The notes under the pieces were generated by a model, which saw only the letters and a list, made by a program, of their open reading frames with translations, did no database searches and was not told the origin of the DNA. A stretch of 63,304 nt of DNA, counting the filler, from Chiloscyllium plagiosum (lineage: Eukaryota), in assembly GCF_004010195.1 (NCBI RefSeq). It is 7 parts of one record of this genome, joined end to end, with 100 filler letters (N's around TTAATTAATTAA, not from the genome) between each part and the next. Parts side by side here need not be neighbours in the genome. Positions count along the whole stretch, not along the records: positions 31,785 to 41,318 come from NC_057710.1; positions 41,419 to 50,128 come from NC_057710.1; positions 50,229 to 56,780 come from NC_057710.1; 4 more parts are not named here. One strand, 5' to 3'. This document shows, one piece after another, positions 37,131-50,987 of the stretch. Position 1 is the stretch's first letter, and each line of letters starts with the position of its first letter. The translations under genes and the position numbers were made by a program.

Positions 37131-38351
37131 ACTATATCATCCAAATAAACTGCATGGTTTGTTAATCCAGCCACAACTCTGTCCTTGGAATGTGCCTAGT
37201 GCATTCTTTATTCCAAAAGGCACCACTTTGAATTGATATAGCCCATTTAGGATTACAAATACAGAAACCTCTTTCGCTATATCTGATAAAGTTACCTGCC
37301 AGTAATCACACAGTAAATCCAACTTCGTGATGTGACTGGCTTGTCCAACTTTCACAATACAGTCCTCCAATTTTGGTTTTTGGTATGAATCTGATTTTGT
37401 TATGGATTTGACCTTCTGATAATCCACACAAAATCGTTGAGACCCGTCAGCTTTGAGAACTAACATGATTGATGAACTGCTCTCACTGTAACTCGGTTTG
37501 ATGATATCTTCATTGAACATCATATCCATTTCCTTCTGGACCTGTGTGGCTTTGAAAGGATTAAGTCCGTTTGGGTGTTGTTTTATCAGAACAGCATTCC
37601 CTACTTCCACTTCATGCACAATAGTATTAGTCCTCTCCATTTCATTCCCACATATGTCGTCATACTGCTGTAACAAACGTTTCAACTGGGTTCTTTGCTC
37701 TCGAGACAGGTAGTTCACAAACTTAACCCACTCCTCAAGGACTTGCTTATTATTTAATTTATTTTGAGGTCCATCCAGCTCCACGATATCTGGATTTGAT
37801 TCCTCACCCTGTGGGGCAGTAATCAATACCTTTTTCTCCAGTTCCCTGTCTATATTATAGTAAGGTTTCAACATAATCACATGACATACCCAATACAGGT
37901 TTTTTCGATCAGGCATCTTTACCAGATGGTTTACCTGACTCAACATTTTCTCAGTTTGATAGGGACCACGAAACCTGACCACCATATTAGGATGCTGTAC
38001 ACCTAAAGAGCTGTATGCCTAAGTCATCCATGACTTCCTTACACAGCCTAGCATTAAAATTAGACCCTTGGTCTGACTGATTCTCTCTGGGTAGCTCATG
38101 CCGCGTTAAGAAAGCTGCTAACTCCTCTTCCACCCTTTTTGCCTTAATACTCCGTCAGGCAATTGCCTCCGGAAATGTGGTAGACACATCTATTACATTT
38201 AGCAAATCCTGGGTCCCACTTTTAGTTTTTGGATGGGGACCTATACAATGAATCATAACCTGCGTGAAAGGTTCTTCGAATGTGGGAATTGACAACAAAG
38301 GTGCTGGTTTCATTACAACCTGTGGCTTACCTACCATTTGGCATGTATGGC
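37131..38351 (-). mobile_element. Gmr1-like Gypsy copy 2, integrase and RT portion
   Basis: FRGPY..CHVIMLKPYY, QRFCVDYQKV..TKLDLLCDYWQV..GLYQFKVVPFGIKNA; PTFEEPFTQVMIHCIGPHPKTKSG. Confidence 0.9.
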
Positions 38352-40709
38352 CTGTCAGGAAAGGTGAGTCACTGATTAAAACTTTAAAAGCTTATGTCGA
38401 GCATTGGAGCCTTCCATTTCTGTTGCAAGCAGCAGAAGAGCAGGAGCTTGGACCAGGGGCCTGTCAGGAAAGGTGAGTCACTGATTTAAAACTTTAAGCA
38501 GTGGCAGCACCTCGGAGAGCAGAGGTTTCTGGGAAAGGAGGGACATTTTTATTTCACTCCAGCTATATAAGTCAGTGTTTTCTAAACCCGAGACCCTACT
38601 TTTGTAAGGCCTCCCACCCAACCACTTCCTCAAACCTTAAACACCAGGGACACATCAGCTAAGCATCTCTTTTTTTCAGTTTGTGATAAGGGGACTAGCA
38701 GGGATGGTAGTGCAGGGAGAGGAATGTTCCTCCTGCATGATGTTTGAGGTGAGGGACACCATTAGTGTCCCATCCAAGTACATCTGCAGGAAGTGCACCC
38801 AACTCTTGCTCCTCCAAGACCGGGTTAGGGAACTGGAGTTGGAGCTGGATGAACTTCGGATCATTTGGGAGGCAGAGACTGTAATAGATAACAGTTACAA
38901 GGAAGCAGTTACTCCTGGGCATGAAGAAAGCTGGGTAACTGTTCGAAGGGGGAGAAACAGTCAGTGGAGGGCTCCCCTGTGATCGTTCCCCTGAAAAACA
39001 AGTATACCGTTCTGGATACTGTTGGGGGGGATGACTTACCAGGGGCATGCACTGGGGTGCAGGTCTCTGGCACAGAGCCTGTCCCTGTTGCACAGAAGGG
39101 AAGGAGGGAAAGGAGGAGAGTGTTAGTCATTGGAGACTCAATAGAGGATCAGATAGAAGGTTTGTTGGGAATGAACGAGACTCACGGTTGGTGTGTTGCC
39201 TCCCAGATGCCAGGGTCCGTGATGTCTCGGATCGTATCTTTGGGGTCCTGAAGGGAGGAGATGACCAGCCCCAAGTCATAGTCCGCAGAGGGTACAACGA
39301 CATAGGTAGAAAAAGGGATAGGGATAAAACATAGAACAATACAGCGCAGAACAGGCCCTTCAGTCCTCGATGTTGCGCCGACCTGTGAATTATTCTCAGC
39401 TCGTCCCCCTACACTACCCCATCCTCATTCATGTGCTCATTTAAGGATTGTTTAAATCTCCGTAATGTGGCTGAGTCGGCTAAATTAGCAGGTAGGGCAT
39501 TCTATGCCCTTACCACTCTCTGCCTCTGAGATCTGTCTTAAATCTATCACCCCTCAATTTGGAGTTTTGCCCCCTCAAACAAGCTGACACCATCATCCGA
39601 GAAAAAAGAGTTTCACTGTCTACTCTATCTAATCCTCTAATCACTATGTATGTCTCTATCAAATCTCCTCTTAGTCTTCTTTCCAATGAGAACAGACCCA
39701 AGTCTGTCAGCCTTTCCTCATAAGACCTTCCCTCCAGACCAAACAACATCCTGGTAAATCTCCTCTGCACCTTTTCCAATGCTTCCACATCCTTCCCGAA
39801 ATATAGCGACCAGAACTGTACACAATATTCCAAGTGTGGCCGCACCAGCATTTTGTATAGTTGCAGCATGATATTGCGGTTCCGGAACTCAATCCCACTA
39901 CGAATGAAACCTAACACAGTGTATGCCTTCTTAACAGCACCATCAGCCTGGGTGGCAACTTTCAGGAATTATGTACATGGACTCCAAGATCCCTCTGCAC
40001 ATCCACACTACCAAGAATCTTTCCATCGACCCAGTACTCTGCCTTCCATTTATTCTTCACACTTAGCTGCATTGCACTCCATTTGCCACCTCTCAGCCAA
40101 TTCTGCAGTTTATCCAAGTCCCCTGCAACCTGTAACATTCTTCCAAACTGTCCACTACTCCACCGACTTTAGTGTCATCTGAAAATTTACTAATCCATCC
40201 ACCTATGCCTGCATCTAAGTCATTTATAAAAATGACAAACAGCAGTGGTCCCAAAACAGACCCTTGTGGCACACCACTAGTAACCGGACTCCAGGCTGAA
40301 TATTTTCCATCAACCACCACTCGCTGCCTTCTTTCAGAAATCCAGTTTCTAATCCAAACAGCTAAATCACCCACAATCCCATGCCTCTGCATTTTCTCCA
40401 ACAGCCTACCATGTGGAACCTTATCAAAGGCTTTACTGAAGTCCATGTATACCACGCCAACTGCCCTCCCCTCATCTACATGCTTGGTCACCTTCTCAAA
40501 AAACTCAATGAGGTTTGTGAGACACGATCTGCCCTTGACGAAATCATGTTGACTGTGTCCAATCAAGTTGTTGCTTGCGAGATGATTATAAATCTTATCT
40601 CTTAAAATCCTTTCCAAAAGCTTTCCTCCAACAGAAGAAAGGCTCATTGGTCTATAATTACCTGGGTCATCTCTACTGAACAAGGGCACAACATTTGCAA
40701 TCCTCCAGT

Positions 40710-41945
40710 CATAGAACATAGAAGAATACAGCGCAGTACAGGCTCTTTGGCCCTCGATGTTGTGCTGATCCAAGCCCACCTAACCTACACTAGCCCACTA
40801 TCCTCCATATACCTATCCAATGCCCGCTTAAATGCCCATAAAGAGGGAGAGTCAACCACTGCTACTGGCAGGGCATTCCATGAATTCATGACTCGCTGAG
40901 TAAAGAACCTACCCCTAACATCTGTCCTATACCTACCACCCCTTAATTTAAAGCTATGTCCCCTCGTAATAGCTGACTCCATATGTGGAAAAAGGTTCTC
41001 ATGGTCAACCCTATCTAAACCCCTAATCATCTTGTACACCTCTATCAAGTCACCCCTAAACCTCTTTTCTCCAATGAAAAAAAACCCAAGTGCCTCAGGC
41101 TTTCCTCATACGATCTTCCTACCATACCAGGCAACATCCTGGTAAACCTCCTCTGCACCTGTTCCAGTGCCTCCACATCCTTCCTATAGTATGGCGACCA
41201 AAACTGCACACAATACTCCAGATGCGGTCGCACCAGAGTCTGATACAACTGCAACATGACCTCAGGGCTCCGGAACTCAATTCCTCTACCAATAAAAGCC
41301 AGTACACCATATGCCTTCNNNNNNNNNNNNNNNNNNNNNNNNNNNNNNNNNNNNNNNNNNNNTTAATTAATTAANNNNNNNNNNNNNNNNNNNNNNNNNN
41401 NNNNNNNNNNNNNNNNNNGTTTTCCCTATTCCTACCAACTAAGGACCTTTCATGTTCCCTCCTTGCTGCTCTTAGCTCTCTCTTCAGGTCCTTCCTGGCT
41501 ACCTTATAACTCTCAATCGCCCCAATTGAACCTTCACGCCTCATCTTTACATAGGCCGCCCTCTTCCATTTAACAAGGGATTCCAATTCCTTATTAAACC
41601 ACAGCTCCCTCACATGACCCTTTCCTCCCTGCCTGACAGGTACATACTTATCAAGGACACTCAATAGTTGCTCCTTGAACAGGCTCCACATATCAATTGT
41701 GCCTATGCCTTGAAGCCTACTTTTCCAAGCCACGCATCCTTGGTCGTGCCTCACCGCATCATAATTTCCCTGCCCCCAGCTATAACTCTTGCCCTGCAGT
41801 ACACACTTATCCCTCTCCATCACGAGAATAAAAGTCACCGAATTGTGGTCACTGTCCCCAAAGTGCTCACCTACCTCCAATTCTAACACCTGGCCTGGTT
41901 CGTTACCCAGAACCAAATCCAGTATGGCCTCACCTCTTGTTGGCC
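40710..41945 (-). mobile_element. Young CR1 nested inside the 39326-44928 element (spans a linker gap)
   Basis: catagaacatagaa tail; host RT reading resumes at ~41945 (ctggcactaaacctgtagac). Confidence 0.82.
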
Positions 41946-42429
41946 TGGCACTAAACCTGTAGACAATGACGACTCAAGTATCAAAGCCAAAGGCCCTGCT
42001 ATCTCTTCCCTAGCTTCCCAGAGAATCCTCAGATAAATCCCATCTGGCCCAGGGACTTGTCTACTTTCACTCCTTCTAGAATTGATAACACCTGTTTGTA
42101 ACTAACCTCAATCATTTCTAGTCTAAGATCTCATACCTCATTCTTATCCTCTACAATATTCTCCTTTTCCTGAGTGAAAAACTGAGAAGTGTTTGTTTAG
42201 CACCTCTCCAATCTCCACACGGTCCACAGTCAACTTCCCACTTCTATCTTTGACTGGTCCTATTCCGACCCCAAATATCCTTTTATTCCTCACATACCTA
42301 TGGAAAGCTTTAGGATTCTCCTTTCTTCTATTTGCTAAAGACTGCTTGTGTCTTCTCTTTGCTCTTCTTAACTCTCTCTTTAAATTCTTCCTAGCTGATC
42401 TGTAACTCTCCATCGCCTCATCTGAACCA

Positions 42430-42860
42430 GCTTGAAAGGGTTCAGAAAAGATTTACAAGGATGTTGTCAGGATTGGATGATTTGAGCTATAGGCAGAGGC
42501 TGAACAGGCTGGGGCTGTTTTCCCTGGAGCATTGGGGGCTTAGGGGGGTTTACAAAATTATGAGGGGGATGGATGGGTAAAGAGACAAAGTCTTTTCCCT
42601 GGGGTCGGGGAGTCCAGAACGAGAGGGCAGAGGTTTAGGATGAGAGGGGAGAGATATAAAAGAGACCTAAGGGGCAACTATTTCACACAGAGGGTGGTAA
42701 GGGTATGGAATGAGCTGCCAGAGGAAGTGGTGCAACATTTAAGAGGCATTTGGATGGGTATATGAATAGGAAGGGTTTGGAGGGATATGGGACGGGTGCT
42801 GCAGATGGGTTGGACCAAAGGATCTATTTCCTGCTGTACATCTCTATGACTCTCTGACTC
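42430..42860 (+). mobile_element. CR1 3' fragment of another subfamily, nested
   Basis: LERVQKRFTRML.. remnant and tctatgactc tail; same subfamily as 4390-5030. Confidence 0.82.
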
Positions 42861-45800
42861 TAACCACGGTTCCCTTACCTTATCACGTCCTCCCTGCCTG
42901 ACAGGGACATACCTATCAAGGACATGCAATATATGTTCCATAAACCAGCTCCACATTTCCATTGTCTGCATCCCCTGCATTTTGCTCCCCCATTCTTTGC
43001 ATCTTAATTCTTGCCTAATCACATTATAATTGCCCTTGCCCCATCGATAACCCTTGGCCTGTGGCATGTACCTATCCCTTTCCATCGCTAAACTAAACGT
43101 AACTGAATTATGGTCACTCTCTCCAAAGTGCTCACCTAAATCAAACACCTGGCCTGGTTCATTACCAAGCACCAGATCCCGTGTGGCCTTCCCTCTTGTC
43201 GGCCCTTCGACATACTGTGTCAGGAAACCCACCTGTAGGCATTGAACAAAAACTGATCCATCTGACATGCTAGAGTTATAGCATTTCCAGTTAATGTTGG
43301 GGAAGTTGAAGTAGACACACTTCAAAGCAGCTTGCTGCCTGCCTGCACATTCTTGTGACCCTGAAATCTTGTCCCTGTCCTTCCTACTCTCATCCTCCTG
43401 TGCACTGCAACTACATCTAGTTTAAACCCATCCGAATAGCACCAGCAAATTTCCCACCCAGAATATTAGTACCCCTCGGGTTCAAGTGAAGACCATCCTG
43501 TTTGTACAGGTCCCACCTTCCCCAGATTGAGTCCCAATTATCCAAGTACCTGAAACCCTCCCTCCTGCACCATCCTTGCAGCCATGCGTTCAGCTGATAT
43601 CTCTCCCTATTCCTTGCCTCGCTATCACGTGGTACGGGTAGCAAACTAGAGATAACTACTCTGTTTGTTCTAGTTCTCAGCTTCCACTCTAGCTCCCTGA
43701 AATCCTGCCTTATATCCCTATCCCTCTTTCTACCTATGTCGTTGGTACCTACATGGACCATGACTTAAGGCTGGTCACCCTCTCCCTTTAGGATCCCAAA
43801 GATACGATCCAAGACATCATGGACCCTGGCACCTTATATAAGTCAATGTTTTCCCAACCTGAAACCCTACCTTTGTAGGTCCGCTCACCCAACCACCTCC
43901 TCTGACCATAAAGACAAGGGACACATCGGGTAAGCATCTCTTCTTTTTTACTTTGTGATAAGGGGACTAGCAGGGATGGCAGTGCAGGGAGAGCAATGTT
44001 CCTCCTGCATGATGTTTGAGGTGAGGGACACAATACACCAACCATGAGTTTCGTTCATTCCCAACAAACCTTCAATCTGACCCTCTAACTATTGAGTCCC
44101 CAATGACTAACACTCTCCTTCTTTCCCTCCTTCCCTTCTGTGCAACAGGAGTAGGCTCTGTGCCAGAGACCTGGGCCCCACTGCATACTCCTGGTAAGTT
44201 GTTCCCCTCAACAGTATCCAAAACGGTATACATGTTTTTCAGTGAAACGACCACAGGGGATCCCTCCACTGACTGTTTTTTCCCCCTTCGAATAGTCACC
44301 CAGCTTTCTTCTTGCCTAGGAGTAACTACTTCCCTGTAACTCCTATCTATCACAGCCTCTGCCTCCCAAATGATCCGAAGTTCATCCAGCTCCTGCTCCA
44401 GTTCCCTAACATGGTCTTGGAGAAGCGAGAGTTGGGTGCACTTCCTGCAGATGTACTTGGATGGGAAACTAATGGCGTCCCTCACCTCAAACATCATCCA
44501 GGAGGAACATTCCTCTCCCTGCACTGCCATCCCTGCTAGTCCCTTATCACAAAGTAAAAAAGAAGAGATGCTTACCTGATGTGTCCCTAGTCTTTAAGGT
44601 TAGAGGTTGGGTGAGAGGCCCTACAAAGGTAGGGTCTCAGGTTGAGAAAACACTGACTTATGTAGCTGGATGGAAATTAAAATAAGACGTCCCTCCTTTC
44701 CCAGAAACCTTTGCTCTCTGACTTCAAATATAAAAGCACAAATCAGTGACTCACCGCTCCCGGCAGGCCCCTGGCCCAAGCTCCCGCCCTTCGAGTTGCT
44801 GATGTCACTGAAAAACAGAAATGGAGGACTCCCACGCTCGAGGTAAGTTTTTAAAGGTTCAAATCAGTGACTCGCCGCTCCCGGCAGGCTCCTGCCCTTT
44901 GAGTTGCTGATGTCGCTGAAAAACAGAAATAAGGATGTAAGGCAGGATTTCAGGGAGCTAGGGTGGAAGTTGAGAGCTAGAACAAACAGAGTTGTTTTAC
45001 CTGGATTGTTACCTGTGCCACATGCTAACAAGGCAAAGAGCATGGACAAATATCAGCTGAACACGTGGCTGCAGGGATGGTGCAGGAGGGAGGGTTTCAG
45101 GTACTTGGATAATTGGGGCTCATTCTGGGGAAGGTGGGACCTGTACAAACAGGATGGTCTTCACTTAAACCAGAGGGGTACTAATATCCTGGGTGGGAGA
45201 TTTACTGGTGGTATTCGGGTGGGTTTAAACTAGCTCAGCAGGGGGGATGGGATCCTGTGTTGTAGTTCCAGTACACAGGGGGATGAGAATAGGGAGAACA
45301 GGGACAGGCCTTCATGGCCTCTGCTAGCAGACAGCAAGATGGTTTGAAATGTCTCTACTTTAATGCCAGGAGTATCCAGAATAAGGTAGGTGAGCTTGCA
45401 GCAAGGATAGGTACCTGGGACTTCGATGTTGTGGCCATTTCAGAGACATAGATAAGTCAGGAATGGATGTTGCAGGTTTAGATCTTTCATTAAGATCAGG
45501 GAAGATGGTAAAAGAGGGGGAGGTGTGGCCTTGTTAGTCAAGGACAGTTTAATGGTGGTTGAAAGAACTTTTGAGGAAGACTCGTCTACTGAGGTGGTAT
45601 GGGCTAAGGTTAGAAACAGGAGAGGAGAGGCCACACAGCTGGGAGATTTTTATAGGTGTCCGCAGAGTTCCAGGGTTGTGGGAAGAGAGGATTGGCAAAT
45701 TGACCTGGAGTGAAAGGAACAGGGCGGTCATTATGGTGGACTTTAACTTCCCCAACATTAACTGGAAATGCTATAACTCTAGTACTTCGGATGGATCAGT

Positions 45801-48166
45801 TTTTGGCCAATGTGTGCAGGAGAGTTTCCTGACACAGTATGTCAAAGGTCTGACCAGAAGGGAGGCCACACTGAATCTGGTGCTTGGTAATGAACCAGGA
45901 CAGGTGTTCGATTTAGTGGTAGGTGAGCACTTTGGAGATAGTGACCATAATTCGGTTACGGTTAATTTAGCGATAGAAATGGATAGGTATAGATGGTGGA
46001 AGAGTAATTATAATTATAATGCAATGAGGCAAGACGTAGGAGGCACAGAATGGGGTAACAGGGGATGGGGACAATGGAAACCTGGAGCTGCTTTAAGGAA
46101 CAGATATTGCATGTCTTTGATACGTATGTCCCTGTCAAGCAGGGAGAAAGTGATAAGTAAGGGAACCGTGGTTTACTTAAGTTCTTGTATCTCTTGTTAA
46201 GCGGAAGAGAGAGGCTGATGTGACGTTGAAGTGAGATGGTTCAGTTGAGGCAATGGATAGTTAGAGAGTACCCGGAAGGATTAAAGAGAGAGTTAAGAGC
46301 AAGGAGCGGACATGAGCAGTCTTTAGCAGGTAGAATAAAGGAGAACCCTAAAGCTTTCCATAGGTATGTGAGGAATAAAAGGATGACTAGGGTAGAAATA
46401 GGGCCAGTCAAAGACAGAAGTGGGAAGTTGTGTGTGGACCCTGTGAAGATCGGCGAGGTACTAAATGAACATTTCTCATCTGTTTTCACTCAGGAAAAAT
46501 AAAGTATTTTAGAGGAGAAGACTGAGATATGGGCTGTTAGACTTGAAAGGATTGAGGTTAGTAAGGAGGAGATGTCATCAATTCTAGAAGTTGTAAACAT
46601 AGATAAGTCCCCTGGGCCGGATGGGATTTTTCCAAAATTCTCTGGGAAGCTAGGGAGGAGATGGCCGAGCCTTTGGCCTTGATATTTGAGTCATCATTGT
46701 CTACAGGTTTAGTACCAGAGGATTAGAGGATTGCAAATGTTGTGCCCTTGTCCAAGTAGAGCAGAAGAGATGACCCAGGTAATTATAGACCAGTGAGCAT
46801 TACGTCTGTTGTAGGAAAAGTTTTGGAAAGGATTATAAGAGATAGGATTCATAGTCATCTGGGAAGCAACAATTTGATTGTAAATAGTCAACATGGATTC
46901 GTCAAGGGCAGGTCATGTCTCACAAACCTCACTGAGTTTCTTGAGAAGATGACCAACCATGTGGATGAGAGTAGGGCAGTTGACGTGGTATATATGGACT
47001 TCAGTAAAGCCTTTGATAAGGTTCCATGTGGTAGGCTGTTGGAGAAAATGCAGAGGCATGGGATTGAAGATGATTTAGCAGTTTGGATTAGAAACTGACT
47101 TTCTATAAGAAGGCAGCGAGCGGTGGTTGATGGAAAATATTCAGCCTGGAGTCCGGTTACTAGTGGTGTGCCACAAGGATCTGTTTTGGGACCACTGCTG
47201 TTTGTCATTTTTATAAACGACTTGGATGCAGGCATAGGATGGGTTAGTAAATTTGCAGATGATACTAAAGTTGGTGGAGTAGTGGTCAGTTTGGAAGAAT
47301 GTAGCTGGTTGCAGGGAGACTTGGATAAACTGCAGAATTGGGCTGAGAGGTGGCAAATGGAGTTCAATGCAGCTAAATGTGAGGTGATTCACTTTGAGAA
47401 GAATAACAGGAAGGCAGAATACTGGGTAGATTCTTGGTAGTGTGGCTGTAAAGAGGGATCTTGGTGTCCATGTCCATAGATCCCTGAAAGTTGCTGTTAA
47501 GAAGGCATACGGTGTGTTAGGTTTTATTGGTAGAGGGACTGAGTTCCGGAGTCGTGATGTCATGCTGCAACTATACAAAACGCTAGTGCAGCCATACTTG
47601 GAATATTGTGTACAGATCTAGTCGCCCCATTACAGGAAGGATGTGGAAGCATTGGAAAAGGTGCAGAGGAGATTTACCAGGATGTTGCCTGGTCAGAAGC
47701 AAGGTCTTATAAGGAAAGGCTGAGGGACTTGGGTCTGTTCTCATTGGAGAGCAGTAGGCTAACAGGCAATTTAATACAGACATACAAGATGATCAGAGGA
47801 TTAGATAGAGTAGACAGTGAGAATCTTTTTCCGAGAATGATAACGCCGGCTTATACAAGGGGGTAAAGCTGCAAATTGAATGGTGATAGATGTAAGACAG
47901 ATGTTAGAGACTTGTACAAGGGGGCAGAGTGACAAATTGATAGATTTAAGACAGATGTCAGAAACAGGTTCTTTACTCAGAGAGTGGTAAGGGTGTGGAA
48001 TGTCCTGCCTGCCAATGTAGTCAACTCAGCGACATTAGGGAGATTTAAACAATCCTTGGATAAGCACATGGATGATAATGGGATAGTATGGGGGGATGAG
48101 CTTAGGTTAGTTCACAGATCAGTGCAACATCAATAGCTGAAGGGCCTGTTCTGCACTGTATTGTTC

Positions 48167-49470
48167 TATGGCAAATGTTAACCACATCCTTGTGCAGTCC
48201 AGGCCATTAAAAGTCCCATACACTTCCTCTCTCTGTACTACCGGCAACACAATCTGGTGCACTTTTGACTATTTCTCATCTGCACTAACCTGCCGTGGTC
48301 TCCATTTTCATCTTTGGATTCTATCTTTAAAATAATAACCTCAGAAATGGAGGGTGATTACCTTAAATATAAATAAGGATTCTGTGAACGTCTATGAAGA
48401 ATACATTCTGTCTCCCTTTCTGAGTATGCATCGATACATGTATCTTTTATTGTCTCATCTTTCTGTTGTAAGTTCATTAGTCTTTCAGGATTAACACGTC
48501 TGTCTGACCCTCTGCCTGTTCAGGTGTTTCCTGCACCATGACGTCAAACAGGGTGTCCACTAACTGAACCTCAACTCCTTCATCTTTCTGTTTAGTTTAT
48601 GCTTCTTGTTGTGACTTATCATAGTAGGATCTGGTTACTACTTAGTCTGAAAAAATTCCAGGATGTTTTTCTTTTGACTCCTCAGTTCTTTGTCTTCCTT
48701 TGTTCTCCACAACAAGATGTTTCACTCTCAACTTGGATCCTGCTAAATTGTTCCCAAAAACAAGCTATATTCCTGGAACTGACACTCTGTCAATCACTGC
48801 CACTATTACTTCCCCAGTTGTGAGTTGGTATTCCAACCTGATCTTACATTGGGGAACGCTAAATTTCTGTCCATCTACCCCACAAATTACCACTCTCTCG
48901 GGTAACAGGCCAGAAAGAATGTAAATACGTTCATCTCTTACTATAAGAGACTAATTAGATCCCTTATCTGTCAAAATTATAACTAGTTTCCCTTCTCCCC
49001 CTGTTCTTTCTGAGTAAACTTTATCTACTGAGGTGAAGTCTTTATAGAGATCAGACACTAACTATATACCTAGAATCTGCCTCAGCTGGACACTCTCCAG
49101 CAGCTCCTCAACTTTTCTTAGGGTTTTCTTTACTACTTTCACTAATATCCCCACTTAGCCTCTTTTGTCACATCTTTTCCCACATTGCCTTTCTTTAATG
49201 ACCAGCACTGTGTCTTTACCTGTCCCACCTTCTGGCAGTGAAAACACCTTTTCCCAGTACCCTTCTGAAACCACCAGCACTGGAATTTTCTGCGACCCAC
49301 TCCATTACAGTGAAAATACCTGAGGCCTTTCACCTTCTTTCCACCCTCTTGGGCTTCATTTTGCACTTGTGGTAAACTATTACCAGTGTGCTCTCCTCTA
49401 TTTTGTAGTGAAGGATCTCCCCTTCTCCCAGCTTCTGTCCCTCACAGGATGAAATTCTTGCCAGAAGCTA
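48167..49470 (-). mobile_element. Gmr1-like Gypsy copy 2, gag zinc knuckles, protease, integrase N-terminus
   Basis: FHCNGVGRRKFQC and CFHCQKVGQVKTQC; colinear with 8560-9770. Confidence 0.88.
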
Positions 49471-50128
49471 AAGTGAAGTTGGATCGCAGAGCTAGTCGGG
49501 AAGGTAAGTGATTGATATTTAAGAACCTACCTCGACGCCAACGGTCTTTTCACAGCAGAGAGCGGCGCGAGCTGGGCGGAAGTGAAGTTGGAGTTCAGAG
49601 CTAGTCGGGAAGGTAAGTGATTGATATTTGAGTGGGTGTGTTCTAGACCCCAGGCCCTACATAGTAGGGCCTCCCTCCCATCCTCCTCCTCTAACCTAAC
49701 TTTAAACTCCACAGGTAAGCTACTCAGTGTTCTTGTTTTGGAGACGAAGTGTAGAGTAATGGCAGCGCAGGCAGTGGAATGTTCCTCCTGCCGGATGTTT
49801 GAGGTAGGGGTGACCACCGATACTCCTGCCGACTTCATCTGCAGGAAATGCAGTCAGATCCTGCTCCTCACAGAACGAGTTAGGGAACTGGAACTGGAGT
49901 TGGATGAACTGAGGATTATTCGAGAGGCTGAAAGGGTGATAGATAGAAGCTACAGGGACAAAGTTACGCCAGAGAACAGAGGTAGCTGGGAAACAGTTAG
50001 AGGTGGGAAGGGGAGGAAGCAGGCAGTACAGGGATCCCCTGTAGTCATTCCCCTAAACAATAGGTATACCGCTTTGGATACTGGTGGGGGGGACAGCCTA
50101 GCAGGGGTAAGCTGCAGTGACCAGGTCT
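49470..50128 (+). mobile_element. CR1 5' UTR and intact-looking start of ORF1 (ATG near 49759), cut by linker
   Basis: MAAQAVECSSCRMFEV..FICRKC..RVRELELELDELRIIREAE..NRYTAL. Confidence 0.9.
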
Positions 50129-50228
50129 NNNNNNNNNNNNNNNNNNNNNNNNNNNNNNNNNNNNNNNNNNNNTTAATTAATTAANNNNNNNNNNNNNNNN
50201 NNNNNNNNNNNNNNNNNNNNNNNNNNNN

Positions 50229-50985
50229 TCCACATGAAGAGTCCAAGAAAGCTTGTTGTGGATGACCACTCCCAGGAGCTTGCCACTCTCCACTCATTCC
50301 CCCTTTGTGCTGCTAATGTATGGGGGGGGGCGTGAGTAACATCCCACTGAAAGTCAATAATGAGATCCTTGGTTTTGCCGGCATTGAGAGCTACGTTGTT
50401 CTCAGTGCACCATTTTTCCAGGTCTTCCACCTCCTGTCTGTAGTCTGTTTTGTCGCCATCTGAGATTTAACTATGGTGGCGTCATCAACGAACTTGTAAA
50501 TGGCATTAGTCTGGTATTTGGCAATGCAGTCATGGATATACAGTGAGTACAGTAGGGGGCTGAGTGTTAGTGACGATGAAATATTGTCCCCAGTCTTCAC
50601 TGATTGTGGCTTGTGGGTCAGGAAACTGAGGATCCAGTTGCAGAGAGTGGAGCTTAGTCTGAAATCACTAAGTTTAGTTATCAGTCTCATTGGGATAATA
50701 GTGTTGAAGGCTGAACTGTAGTCAATGAGTGGGATTCTTATGGAGCTGTACTTGGTGTCAAGGTCTTCTAGGGAGGAGTGAAGGGCAAGTGATACAGCAT
50801 CTGACATGGATCAGTTGGTCCGACAGGCAAATTGGAGTGGGTCAAGAGTAGTGGGGAGGCTGGAGTTGATTAATGCCATGACCAGCCTTTCAAAGCACAT
50901 CATGACCAGCGAAGTTAGGGTCACTGGGCGGTAGTCATTGAGACATGCTGCATGAGCCTTCTTAGGCACAAGGATGGTGCTGGCC
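50229..50985 (-). mobile_element. Rex1/Babar-clade LINE RT fragment
   Basis: AVSLALHSSLEDLD..IDYSSAFNTIIP..LCNWILSFLT..LSPLLYSLYIHDC..KFVDD; WCTENNVALNAGKTKDLIIDF. Confidence 0.85.
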
Positions 50986-50987
50986 AA

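Larger units (their letters stand above)
39326..44928 (-). mobile_element. Full-length CR1 nested in opposite orientation, itself interrupted
   Basis: Tail at 39326, RT 40093-40705, EN ~42860-43325, ORF1 43417-44530, 5' UTR to ~44928; flanked by atagggat / ataaggat. Confidence 0.87.
38352..48166 (+). mobile_element. Full-length CR1 (38352-39325 and 44930-48166) split by nested insertions
   Basis: 5' UTR repeats, ORF1 reading NDIGRKRDRD | VRQDFRELGWKL across the insertion, EN and RT, tail; flanked by tatggc target duplication. Confidence 0.88.
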
